This document shows, piece after piece, positions 1 to 12,170 of a DNA stretch of 64,000 nucleotides. Position 1 is the stretch's first letter, and every line of letters begins with the position of its first letter. The stretch lies in contig NC_057720.1 of NCBI RefSeq assembly GCF_004010195.1, positions 17,106,603 to 17,170,602 on the forward strand, given 5' to 3'. The notes under the pieces were generated by a model that worked only from the letters and a program-made list of their open reading frames with translations, did not search any database and was not told the DNA's origin. The translations under genes were made by a program, and so were the position numbers. Source of the stretch: Chiloscyllium plagiosum (lineage: Eukaryota).

Positions 1-1290
1 GCTGCATCTGCCACGTGGCTAATGGCGTTTCCGAGGCCAGGGGAATCTTCTGGAATGCTTGAGGAGCGCTGGTTATGGAGGTGGGTGGATAAAAGTTTGT
101 TGTACTTACTGTTTTTGATGTTTGTGATGGAATTGAAATACTGTTTGTTGAGAGTATGAAATTTCCTAAGGATGTAGTACAGAGTGGGTCCTTTGCAATT
201 CTGAGAGAGTGTGGCCCTCAGCTGAGGCAGGGCAGACTGTAGAGAGGTTTGCTTTGAGTCAATAGCTTTTAACACAGTGATAGTGCCACACAGCATGATG
301 AAGGTTGTTTTCAATGTGTCCTCACATACTATGCATTAGTCTCTCCTATCAATATTGACATTGATAGTTGCATTTTTGATTCTTTAAGCTTTCACAGGAT
401 GTGCTCGGCAGCAATGTTTTGCCTATCCCAATTGCCCAGAAGGCAGTAAAGGGTGAATCACATCACTGGGGATCTGAGCTCATGTGTAGGCCAGGCCAAG
501 TAAGGATAGCAAGTTTCATTCTCAAAAGTGCATTGGTGAACCAGGTTGGTTTTTACAACAATCAACAACAGTTGTCTTTAGTCTAGCTTCTCATTTCACA
601 TGTTCATTAAATTCAAATTTCACCATCTGCAATGGTGGGATTCCAGGCCAGGTTCCCACAGCATTAACCTAACGTTCTGGATTATGACTCCAGTGACAGT
701 CTCAGTCTCAGTACACTACTGCCTCCCTTTATCTGCAATAGGTAGATTGGTGAAAATAAGGTCAGGTTGGTTTCTTCTTGTTGGTTCTCTCTCCGCCTGC
801 TGCCAGCCAGATTGGCCGCTACGCCCTCCAGGACCAGTCTTGGTGTTGGACATTGAGGTCCACCCAGTGTGGCCTTAGACAGGCACATATCAGGGCCTGG
901 GTCTCTCGGCCCACAGTGCTCAGCAAGGGGCCTGGGTAGGAGCAGAACGCACGCATGAGATTTCTATCCTTGCTCCTGGTCCTTGCCACCTTCTGTGCTT
1001 CTTCCAAGTGATAGTCAACATGAAGAATATGGATTCATCAGATAACAGGGTGAGGGTGAGGAGTGGGTATAAGATAATCAGCAGAAGATTCTCTGCCCAT
1101 TTTTGACCAGATGCCACAAGACCTTATGGGGTTCAGAGTCAATGTGGAAGTTTCTTATGGTTTCTATTTTCTAAATGTATGCCAGTGATTTTCAGGGGGA
1201 AAGGCCATTCCCAAAGATGGTCATGGAGTTTGGGAAGTTAGCTGAGATAGCTTTGGACTGTTGCTTAACCTGTTGATGGCTGTGGGCCTA
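1..1290 (-). mobile_element. Degenerate L2/CR1-group LINE ORF2 (endonuclease region), interrupted by a SINE
   Basis: Minus-strand remnant ..REPTRRNQPDLIFTNLPIAD.. near 730-790 resembles the APE-domain 'LDLVLTN' motif; many disruptions. Confidence 0.55.
385..726 (-). mobile_element. tRNA-derived SINE with GGGCAATT-GGAT-GGCAA tail
   Basis: Reverse complement resembles the copy at 16300-16640; related copies near 32370-32540, 38895-39150 and 60360-60640. Confidence 0.6.
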
Positions 1291-2514
1291 AGGGTCTAGC
1301 AGCAGTCTGACTCTCTACCCCACATACGCTACTGGAACACTTCCAGGCAGGAATAATATAAGGAACCCTCCAAAATTCCCTCACTGACTTCACCCACAGA
1401 AATTTCGTTGGGGCTGGCTCAATTGAATAAGGTGGAACATATGCTTCCACAGATAGTGTAGGAGAGGAAAGGTCCTACTTCTGTGTTATGAGCTGTCATC
1501 ATAATGAATGTTAGTCCATTCATTTGGACCTATTGTACACCAATTCTTGTTGTTGCAAAAGGCAACAGGTCAGCACACCCGCTAAAATAGTGAACAAAAC
1601 AATTTATTCTGAACTCCTTAAATGTAGGTACAAAAATATGGCCCAGTTAATTTTGAAATCTAATACTTGTCTAGGAAAATCTGCACTAGAAAAGTAACAG
1701 GGAGTTCTCAGCAAGCAAAGATAGCATCGTGCAATGAATAGAAAAAATATGGTTTTGTTCAATTCTGTGTTCTCAACATTTTCAGCTAGTTGGTTGGGTT
1801 AATTTCTGCTTTGTGCAATAGGTCTTTTATCTGTGACAACAATGAAGTTGAAAATCACTTCATATTAACATGTATAGGCCACTTTCTTTTCTGCCGGTAA
1901 TTGAATGCTTTGAACATTCATTTTAAATTTCAAAAAGCACATCTATTCAACACTCAACTTGGTTAATTTCATGTGTGGCACAATGAGACCAATCAAAAAC
2001 TAAAGCAGTTTTTTTCAAATTATTTTGCAAATATTTGAAGTTCATGAGCCTCAATGTTATAACAATCCCTGGCTGTGATTATCACTTTGATGGGTACAGC
2101 TGTATAAACAGATGCTATGGCAGCCACAGATAAAGCCGACTTGCATCCAAGTATGAACTTGATACTTTCCCATCGACTAACATTTTGTTTTCAACAATAA
2201 TTGTCTATTAAAGGGAACTTGAAATGTCACCCCTTCCCCTTTTTACAATGATCCCAAACCTCATCAATGTCAACAAGAGAGGGGAGGAGGTAGACAAAAA
2301 GAATAATAACACTTTTAAAGATCTGGAAATAAATAATTAACTTGTTAAAATATTGCTTTTCAATTATAAAATAAATGCCAAATAGAATGAATATTGAAAG
2401 ACTGGGACATTTAGAAAACATTTAACATGTAAGGTGTTAAATAAAGGAGTTTTTTGGTGATTTTTGACTCATCTACCTCTGTAATTTTAAGGTCTCCTTC
2501 TATTCTTCAACTAG

Positions 2515-2625
2515 AGACAAAAAAAACTACAGATGCTGGAATCCAAAGTAGACAAGCAGGAAGCTGGAAGAACGCAGCAAGCTATGCAGCATCAGGAGGT
2601 GGAGAGGTCAGCGTTTCGGGTATAA
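2515..2625 (-). mobile_element. Penelope-like element terminal fragment
   Basis: CAGATGCTGG...GCGTTTCGGG resembles other PLE ends in the window; hammerhead truncated. Confidence 0.5.
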
Positions 2626-2990
2626 ATTATATTAGTGTCAGTAAGAGCATAGTTGCTGACTTGAGGGCAATGTGAGTTGGTTGACAATAGGTGGCAAATG
2701 GTGATCATGAAAGGAGCTGAACAGTGTTAAATCCATTACTTTTATGAGCTGGTAGGATAATTTCTAATCGACCTGTTCAGAGATGTTATTACACACCCCT
2801 GGAGCTTGTGTGGCTGCAGCCCAAACCTCCTGTCTCAGAGGTAAGGACACTACCACGGTGCCACAAGAGCTCTTTTATGGGCAGGATAACGTATCAAGTT
2901 CAATGAATAAAACATGTCATAACACACATACCACATGAGTGACAGTTTTTTGTTCTGGCATGGATATAAATTGTTCTGGATTACAGATTA

Positions 2991-3692
2991 CAGAGGAACC
3001 TCGATTATCCAAATGAAATGGGTGGGCACTAATTTGTTTGGATAATTGATTATACGGTGAATTGATTCAATGCCCTTCCTCTGGGGTTCGGAGTTTTCTG
3101 TTAAGTCCGCTCCCCGTTCAGGAGACTAGGCAGCAGCAATATCCGCGCAGGCCCCCGCACCCACAAACCCCATCCAACACCAACCCTACCCTACCTGACC
3201 CAACATTCCAACCCCGTCCAAAACCGCTCCCCGTCCATCCCCATCCCCACTCCAGGGCAGCTGACTGGACACCAACAACAAGATTGCTGCTGCTGCTGCA
3301 GCTGCCTTTTGCAGGGTGAGTCTCCAAATGGCACACACACACAATGTTTTGAGAAGTTGCATCTTTGTCCTGTACAGGACAATGTTGGAGAAATTATCTG
3401 GAGAAGGGGGGGTTTTGGGTACACGCCTGTGTAGAACTCCAGGGAAAGTGTGGGGGGGAGAGAATGTGGGCAGGAGATCAGTCATTTGGAGACGGCATCA
3501 GCTCCCATCGATGTCCAGGACTGTTCTCGGCAACATTTCAGTTAGCTAAGTTCACTTTTAATCACTGTAAACAAAAGACACAATCAGTGTTGGAAACGCA
3601 TCTTGATGTAATGCTTCTCTCGGGATCTCGAGATGTCCTTCGGATAATCTGATATTTAGACAACTGATATTCGGATAGTCAAGGTTCCTCTG
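2991..3692. mobile_element. Non-autonomous Tc1/mariner-Tigger(pogo)-like MITE
   Basis: TIRs CAGAGGAACCTCGATTATCC / GGATAGTCAAGGTTCCTCTG flanked by TA at 2989-2990 and 3693-3694. Confidence 0.8.
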
Positions 3693-3834
3693 TAATGGCA
3701 TTAAGATACAGTTCAGCCCTGCTTCAAGTGAATGTTCAAGAGTCTCAAGAGTTTGAATGACTTCTTCCTGTTTTACGTTGCTATGAGTGTTGTGACTCAT
3801 TGGTTTGCACTGGGTCACCAGTTACACAATGAGA

Positions 3835-5410
3835 AGAGCATAAGAACTAGGAGCAGGAATAGGCCATCTGGCCCTTCAAGCCTGCTCTACCACTAGTAAG
3901 ATCATGGCTAATCTTTTCGTGAACTCAGCTCCACTTATTGGCGTTTTCACCTTTTCCCTTAATTCCTTTATTTTTCAACCTTTGCTTTAAAAGCGATTAC
4001 TGAAGTAATATCAACTACTTCCAAAGGGCAAGGAATTCTATAGAGTAACAACCCTCTGGGTGAAGAAGTTCCTTCTCAGTTCAGTTCTGAACCTGCTTCC
4101 TCCAAACTTGTGGCCATGCCCTCTTGTCCTAGTCTCACCGACCAGTGAAAAGTTCCTATCTATTTCTATTTATCAATTCCCTTCATAATTTTGTGTGTTT
4201 CTATGAGATCCCCCCTCATTCTTCTGAACTCCAATGAATATAATCCTAATTTACTCAGTCTCGCCTCATAAGCCAACCCCCTCAACTCTGGAATCAACCT
4301 CGTGAATCTCCTTTGCATTCTCTCCAGTGCCAGTACATCCTTTCTTAAGTAAGGAGAACAAAACTGCACACAGTACTCCAGGTGTGGCCTCACCAGCACC
4401 TTGTACAGCTGCAACATTACCTCTCTGTGTTTAAACTCAACCCCTTTAGCAATGAAGGACAAAATTCCATTTGCCTTCGTAATTACTTGTTGTACCTGCA
4501 GACCAACCCTCTGTGAATCATGCACAAGGACACCCAGGTGCCTCTGCAAATCAGCATGCTGCAACTTTCTACCATTCAAGTAATAATCTATTTTGCAGTT
4601 ACTCCTACCAGAATGTATGACTTCACATTTACTAACATTGTATTCCATCTGCCAGACCTTTACCTACTCACTCAATGTATCTATATCCCTTTGCAAAGTT
4701 TCTCAGTCCTCTGCACACTTTGCTATGACACTCATGTTAGTGTCATCGGCAAATTTTGACATCATACATGTGGTCTCCAACTCCAAATCATCGATATAAA
4801 TTGTGAATAATTACGGTCCCAACATCAATCCCTGAGGCACACCGCTAGTCACTGATTGCCAGCCAGAATAGCACTCATTTATCCCTACTCTTTGCTTCCT
4901 GTCAGTTAACGAATCCTCTACTCATGGACATACTTTACCCCTAACACCATGCATCCTTATCTTATGCAGCAGTCTCATGTGCGGCACCTTGTCAAAGGCC
5001 TTTTGGAAGTCTAGGTATACCACATCCACTGGGTCCCCGTTGTCCACCTTGCTTAAAATGTCTTCAGAGAATTCCAAAAGATTTGTGAAACATGACCTGC
5101 CCTTTATGAACCCATGCTGGGGTGCATCTGTACAAAGGGACAATTTCTTTTGAGATGCTCTGTTATTTATTCCTTGATAATAGACTCTTTCCCACTACAG
5201 AGGTTAAGCTCATTGGTCTATAATTTCCCATCTTTTGTCTACTTCCTTTTTTAAACAGAGGCATCACATTTGCTATTTTCTGTTGGGACTGCCCCAGAGT
5301 CCAGTGAATTTTAGAAAATTACCACCAGGCCACCTGTTATTTCTTCCATCATCTCTTTTAGTACCCTGGGATGCATTCCATCAGGGACAGGAGACTTATC
5401 TATCCAGGAA
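3835..5410 (-). mobile_element. CR1 LINE 3' fragment (RT)
   Basis: ORFs 4922-5143 (QHGFIKGRSC..YLDFQKAFDKVPH) and 4166-4648 (LVRPHLEYCVQF..RGDLIE); CR1-type tail near 3835-3900. Confidence 0.93.
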
Positions 5411-7264
5411 TTATTTGTAGAGATGGCAACAGTTGGGTACTACCAGTGGGGGCTATCAGTGAAATGACTAAATACTGCCAGGCTGACATAGTAATAGAAT
5501 TTTTATTTAAAACATTAAATGTTCAAGACAATTAATCAACTCACTATGTTTGAAGCTCCACGAGAATATGTATTCTTCTCAGGCAACTTATGTAGGGTCC
5601 ACATGAGCTAGGACAGCAGAATTTAGTAAAGCTGAGGCTGAGAGAGACTCCATGAGGAAATAGACACAGTTTTCCCCAGTCTTAAGTGAGAATAGACACT
5701 AATTGGTAATATTGGTATTACCTTTCTATTAAAATTTTTACTATTCATTTTCTCTACTCACTCTTTCTTTCTCCACCACCTTGTGCTTCAGTCAGCAATT
5801 GTGGTCTTGTTTTTATGGAAATGTAAGTGAAGTCACAATCTAGAATAAAAAGAAATATGGAGCACACAGTTTGAAGACTTTGCACGATTGCTTGTCAATT
5901 TTGTATGAATGAGTTTGATTGCCTGTTAAATTTACAGGCTGTACAAAGGTAATCTGCTGCGTCAAAGAAAATGGTATGCTTCAATCAAGATTAGACTCAG
6001 TAAAATTGCTTGCAATGACGTCAAATTAGAGATTATGTTAAAACTCAATTATGAAAGGAAGTCAGAAGCCATTAAATATATCGGAACACTCAAGTGCCCT
6101 TTATGTTTTCCCAGGCCCGGTTTTGATGATGTATGTTTTTCTGAGTTGGGTACATGTGAAAGTTTTATGTTGCTGAACAGTCACAATTTGTGATAGCAAT
6201 ATAAAGTCTCTGGTATTTCAATGTCACTGCCTCAAAAGACCTTTCTGGAGGACATGAGGCACCACGGAGGGTTCTAATGACTTGGAATGTAATAAACATC
6301 ACTCCAAGCTGCTTTTGGGGATTGTCTGGTTTGAGTGACCCTTTCAGAATGAACCATTTCTGTTTTAAACTATGAGCCTTCCAGACTTTCAGTTTGACCC
6401 TGCTCAGTGTGAAGTTTGTGAAAAATATGTTGAGGCTTGCTCAATTAAGTCTTGTTGCTTTAGCCAGTGCTGAATATAATGCATTCACTGAACAGTTTAA
6501 AAAAATGCTGACACTTTTCAACACATAACACGTGGGGGTAGCAAATCCATTTAACAACTATTTTGTGATTTAAGGTGGAAATTATCGCAATAGTTAATAT
6601 GAGCCACATTTTATCCTTCTCTCCCCATGTCAAATTATCTGCATAAATTCATTCACTCCTGTCATTGTGGTGACAGGATCATCTGTGGTGTGCATGGTTA
6701 TGGAAGGTGGAAAATGGAGACCAAATCTGGGGGGGGCAAGAAATGTTAAATAGTCGGGTGAGCTGTTTGAAATTATGATAAAACTAGTAAGAAAAACTTG
6801 CTAATCAAAGTTTACGGTCTAAAAGGACTTTTATGGCAAGACACAGCGTTTAAATGATATCCATGTAGATAAGGACTCTTTCATGCACATTGATAGTTTT
6901 GCCAAGGACTAAAAACCAATGCCAACGATTTCCTAAAGCCAAAGACTTGTGGAATGACCTGCAGTGATGTAGGTGACAGCTGACCAGCTTCAACATTATA
7001 GTTTGCAACTGGGATAAATTAGACAGAGTTTAGTATTAAATACATATTACATAATAACCCAAAGCAAGAAATCCTTGTTTGGAACAGCAACAGTGCAAGC
7101 AATTGTAATCTTGCAGAATGTATTCTTTAATGTCACAGAAAAGTGTTGGATTACTACTAAAATCTCCAACTCATATTCTTTTTGTTAACACTGCAAAGTG
7201 GTGTGACAAATGTTAATCCATGCAATATTCTTTTTCCACTGAGACATACAATCCTAAGTGGTAA

Positions 7265-7410
7265 TTTATCTCCTTTGCTGTTGGTGGGACCTGGCTGCTG
7301 TCTTTCCTATGCTTCAATAGTGACTAAAATTCAGATATACTATCCATGAAGCTCTTTGTGACATCCTGTGGTCATGAAAGGTGCTGTATAAATGCAAGTA
7401 CTTTCTTTCA
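7265..7410 (+). mobile_element. Deu-SINE-like 3' fragment
   Basis: Tail GAAAGGTGCTGTATAAATGCAAGT typical of the AmnSINE1/SacSINE1/SINE3 group. Confidence 0.5.
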
Positions 7411-8399
7411 AAGATACAAATGTTAACCTTGTGTATCAATAAATGTAACAAGCATTTGTGTACATTCCATTAACTGTTCATTCATGTCATCGAGCAATTT
7501 TGGTAATTGGACTAGTCTGAAATTAACTGAGCAATGGCATAAATTGCCTTTGTATGGGAATGCAACAAAATTGGATAATTTGCAAATGATATAAATTGAT
7601 ATTCATATTTTGGCAATGATCATTGCTTTAATTACGTAACTGTGTAAAAGGCAACTTTTTAAATATCTCCACAGATGTGATTTTTTTGGCAAAGAATTCA
7701 GACACTCCTCCAGTGACTTCTGGGACCTTGAGTAACTCATCATCTCTCCAACTTTCCATTAAGAGTCCATCAAGTTCATGACATTGGCCATTTCATTGTA
7801 GTATTGATACTCGAGAGACGATGTGTTAAATTACAGCGAAATATTAGGGCACTAACGTGGAAGATAACAGTTTCTTGATTCCACCAGAATCTAAGGTACC
7901 TGTAAGTAAAGGCTTGCCTGTGGTGCAAAGAAGGCTGTTGCCATCCAATTTCTTACTGTGGATCGTTGCATTCAATTTTCTTGGCCCAAGAATCATAAGA
8001 ACTCACCCTTACTCAACCCTCCCTGCTTTTTTCCACTTTCCAACAACTGCACCATCGAAACAATCATGGTGATGGAATGACCCTTATATCAAAATCCTCA
8101 CCCTGGTTTCTGCCCTTAGTCTCCTTCTCAACTCCCCATAGTAGTCCTTGCTCTCTATCTATCTAAGCCCTAAACTCTAAATTTCTGCACTTCTCCACTG
8201 CCCGCAAAACCCTTTCTAAAACTATCTCTTTTAGTTACAGCTTTTCCTTTAGATTATTGTCAATTATTTGTCTGATAAGGGTTCTGTTTAGCACATTGCA
8301 TTTATATCAGATATAAGCATGCTAAATTGTTGCTGTCTCCACAAGGACTGTTTAGTGTTTATCCCAGGAATGTTGATGTGAAAAGGGGCATCTCCACTG

Positions 8400-8590
8400 A
8401 ACAAAAAGCAGTAAACTGTGGTACTGGAAATCCCAACCAAACATAGAGAATGCTGGAGAAACTCAGCATATCTAGAAGCATTGGTGGAGAGTGACACAAA
8501 GTTAATACTGGATTTGAAACATGAATTCTGTTTCTCTCTCCAGAGATGCTGCCAGACCTGCTGAATTTCTTCAGCATGTTCTGTGTTTGT
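8400..8590. mobile_element. Fold-back pair of PLE terminal fragments
   Basis: AGAATGCTGGAGAAACTCAGCA... and ...TGCTGAATTTCTTCAGCATGTTCT are mutually inverted. Confidence 0.55.
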
Positions 8591-11135
8591 CTGCACCAAA
8601 TATGTTTGCAAAGGCAGGTGAAGTAGTAACTTTGAGATGTCAATGTAGAGTGAAACAGATATATTCAGAAAAATTAACGAGACTTTTTGTGCAATTTCTG
8701 TTATACTGCAATGTGAGAGAATCTCTCAGATAACAAATCATGAAATTACTAATTAGCATGTCTTATGTCTATGTTGTAGCTTAAAAGGAGCAAAGTCTGA
8801 TCAGTGGCAGAAAGTCAAAATTGCATTAATTTTCCTTTGTCTGAATTCCATTGCAAAACATTTCTTTGGCAAACTGAAACTGGTCTTGACAAGGATCTGA
8901 TCCAGCTCTAGAAGAGTAATGGTGTATTTCTGCCAGCTGCGTTCCCCTCATTAAAGTGAGAACCCTTATCTGAGTTGAGTCAAAGGACACGTGCTAGAAA
9001 ATAATATTGGCTGGTTAATTAATGCTGAGGAAAAAAACACAAGTATTGAACGGAATTCTTCTGTCCTCATTTACCAAAATTTCATTACTTTCCTCTTATA
9101 ATTAGACATCCAGCTTTCACCACTCAGTCATTATCTTTCACTGGGTTGATAATGTAATAACATGGGAAAACACCGTTTGGTAAAACTGGGTCTCAGCTGA
9201 GTAGCTGGTAGGTTCTCCCATGGAATGAAACACTTCAAATGTGCTGAAGGAGGTGAGTCCCATTGTCACTATCCACCCTCTAAGCCAGACAAATTAGGAC
9301 ACAGTAAAAGGCATCAGACTTAACGTTCCTGGCCCTGTGCATGAAACCAATGTCACAGAGGGTAGAAACATATTGGCTGTTGTTTCAGGAGGGTGGGTAG
9401 GGACCTGGGTTTGTGGTGAGCAATCAGTGAAGATATTATGAATCCAATTAGGTCCAAATTTTTTGAGTGTTCCAGCATTTTCCCTCTGGTGAGGTGATTC
9501 CTGCCCTGTGTGGATGAATGCTCCTGTACCAGGTGTGGGAGCTGAAGGTGGGTGTTGGTGGGCATTCCTTATATAGGGGGCCTAACACCAGGAAATGCTG
9601 CACTGCGACGTAACCTACTCTCTGTGTGAGGGACCTAACTGCCTGACTAATGACAATTCTAACTTTCAGTATCTGCCTCTGAAGGTGTCTCTGTGTTAAG
9701 GTGATGGCGTGGTCCCAATCTACCCCAGCAGCACCCATCTCTCCCATGGGGACAAACCAGGTTACCAAATTGCTAGCCCTCTGAAAAAGCGGTTGGCATC
9801 GAGAATACCAACCTGCCATCCTTAAAAAAAGGGGAAAAAGATGGCCAACAGTAGCATCTGGAGGATGTGAGGGAGCATAGGGATGGGGCAATTAAATGAG
9901 TTGGACTGAGTTTAATGAAGGAGTCATGCAGATGGGTGTTGAGATATAAGGGGTGAGAGTTAGAAGGTTTTTCAACTTCTACAATAACAACTGGGGCAAA
10001 GTCCCAGGGAAATGAGGCAGGTACTGCAACTTAGCACTTGGGCACAGGTGTAACTAACTGCACTCTGCTTCTGAGTTGGTGCCCTGCCTACATCTGTACA
10101 TAAGAGCCTGGCACAATCCCCTGACTCGGAAATCCTTTACACAAGTATAAAGGGCCAGGCAGAGGGTGGTAAATTTCCTGACTGTAGGATGGATTTTGTT
10201 GAGGCTTCAGTTAGGGAACTGGCAGAGAATTGCCCTCGGTTTGGCAGGTGAGACCCAGTAGAGTGAAAGGTCCTTCAGGCATTTACATGGCCTCCCGTGC
10301 AATTAAGGCTTCTGGCTGTGGAGAATCTGCCAATCCGTGAAGACTCAGAATGGGAAGTGTTGCTGGTGAATTGAAAAGCAGTGCAGTCCTTGGAGTTTAC
10401 AAGTTTCCTTGAGCATTATTCTCCCTCATCCTATTCTGATTGCAACCTGACATCAAGATAAAATGATGCAGTTGCTGCATACCAACATGTGGAGAGAGGA
10501 TGGGGTGCCACAGGAATAAATTTGCTCTATGCTTCCTGTACAATGGGAAAACCACAAAGAAATGAAAGCAATTGTCGAATAGCATGGGAAACTGGAATTA
10601 AAGATAGACATTGAATAGAGGTGGCAGGAATTTTGCCAACTGGAGAGCCAGCTGGATCACTGCATCACCTCCTCTGGGGTAGGGTGCTTTATTACATGCC
10701 AATGGGGTACTTAAGTCGCCAGCACTGTCCTCACACAGGCTTAAGACCCTAAGGAGTAAAATCCCACTCTCCATGCCCCAGGATCTGCCAACTTGCCACA
10801 ACATCTAAAAGAATGGGAGAGTTCATTTAACTCATGTAGATAAGTAGGTCAGGAATGTCTTTGATATTTCCGTTATGTGATATTCAACTTCATTTAACGA
10901 AGAGGTTTTGAAACAAGGAAGGGTTCAGAAAAGATTTACAAGAATGTTGCCAGGGTTGGAGGCTTTGAGCTGTAGGAAGAAGCTGATTAGGCTGGGGTTG
11001 TTTTCCCTGGAGCATCAGAGACTGAGGGGTTACCGTATAGAGGTTTATAAAATCATGAGGAGCATGGATAGGGTAAATAGACAAGGTCTTTTCCCCAGGG
11101 GTGGGGAGTCCAAAACTAGAGAGCATAGGTTTAAG

Positions 11136-11349
11136 ATCATGATGTGGAGATGCCAGTGTTGGACTGGGGTGGAGAGAGTCAGAAATCACATGACACCACG
11201 TTATAGTCCAACAGGTTTATTTGAAATCACAAACTTTCAGAACACTGTTCCTTTATTGGGTAAAGTCTTCACCTGACGAAGGAACAGTGCTCTGAAAGCT
11301 TGTGATTTCAAATAAATCTATTGGACTATAATCTGGTGTTGTGTGACTC
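11136..11349. mobile_element. Fold-back PLE-derived insertion with hammerhead core
   Basis: ~85-bp inverted arms; flanked by CATAGGTTTAAG (11124-11135) and CACAGGTTTAAG (11350-11361). Confidence 0.8.
11269..11305 (+). ncRNA. Minimal type-I hammerhead ribozyme motif (partly mutated stem II)
   Basis: UCAC-CUGACGA-A-GGAAC AGU GCUCU-GAAA-GC-UU-GUGA. Confidence 0.6.
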
Positions 11350-11614
11350 CACAGGTTTAAGGTAAGAGGGGAAAGATTTAAAAGAGACCTAAGGGGCAAC
11401 TTTTTCACACAGACGGTGGTACGTGTATGGAATGAGCTGCCAGAGGAAGTGGTGGAGGCTAGTACAATTACAACATTTAAAAGGCATCTGGATGGGTATA
11501 TGGATAGGAAGGGTTTTGAGGGATATGGCTCAAATGCTGGCAAATGGGACTAGATTAACTTAGGATATCTGGTTGACATGGACGAATTGGACCAAAGGGT
11601 CTGTTCCTGTGTGT

Positions 11615-12170
11615 TACATAAGACAATAAGACATAGGAACAGAAATTAGACCATTCAGCCCATTGAGTCTGCTGTGCCATTCAATCATGGCTGATAAGTT
11701 TCTAAATCCCATTCTCCCGTTTTTTTCCCTGTAACCCCTGATCCTCTTGATACTCAAGAACTTATTTATCTCTGTCTTAAATATGCTCAATGACCTGGCC
11801 TCCACAGCTTTCTGTGGCAATGAATTACATAGATTCACCACTCTTTGGCTGAAGAAATTTCTCCTTATCTCCATTCTAAAAGGTCTTCCCTTTACTCTAA
11901 GACTGTGCGTTCACATCCTAATCTCTCTTACCAATGGAAAGATCTTCCCAATATCTATTCTGTCCAGGCCATTCAATATTCTGTTAGTTTCAATTAGATC
12001 CCCTTTCATCCTTCTAAACTCCATCGATATAGACCCAGAGTTTTCAAATGTTCCTCATATATTAAGCTTTTCATTCCTGGAACCAGTCTCATGAACCTCC
12101 TCTGAACACGCTCCAGGGCCAGTAAATCCTGAGATATGGGGCCCAAAACTGCACACAATACTCCACATGC
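11615..12170 (-). mobile_element. CR1 LINE 3' fragment nested in another CR1 tail
   Basis: ORF 11614-11874 RRNFFSQRVVNLCNSLPQKAVEA. Confidence 0.85.

Noticed and set aside
6016..6023. Perfect CRE palindrome TGACGTCA
   Set aside because: A single 8-mer with no promoter or CpG-island context; about one is expected by chance in this length
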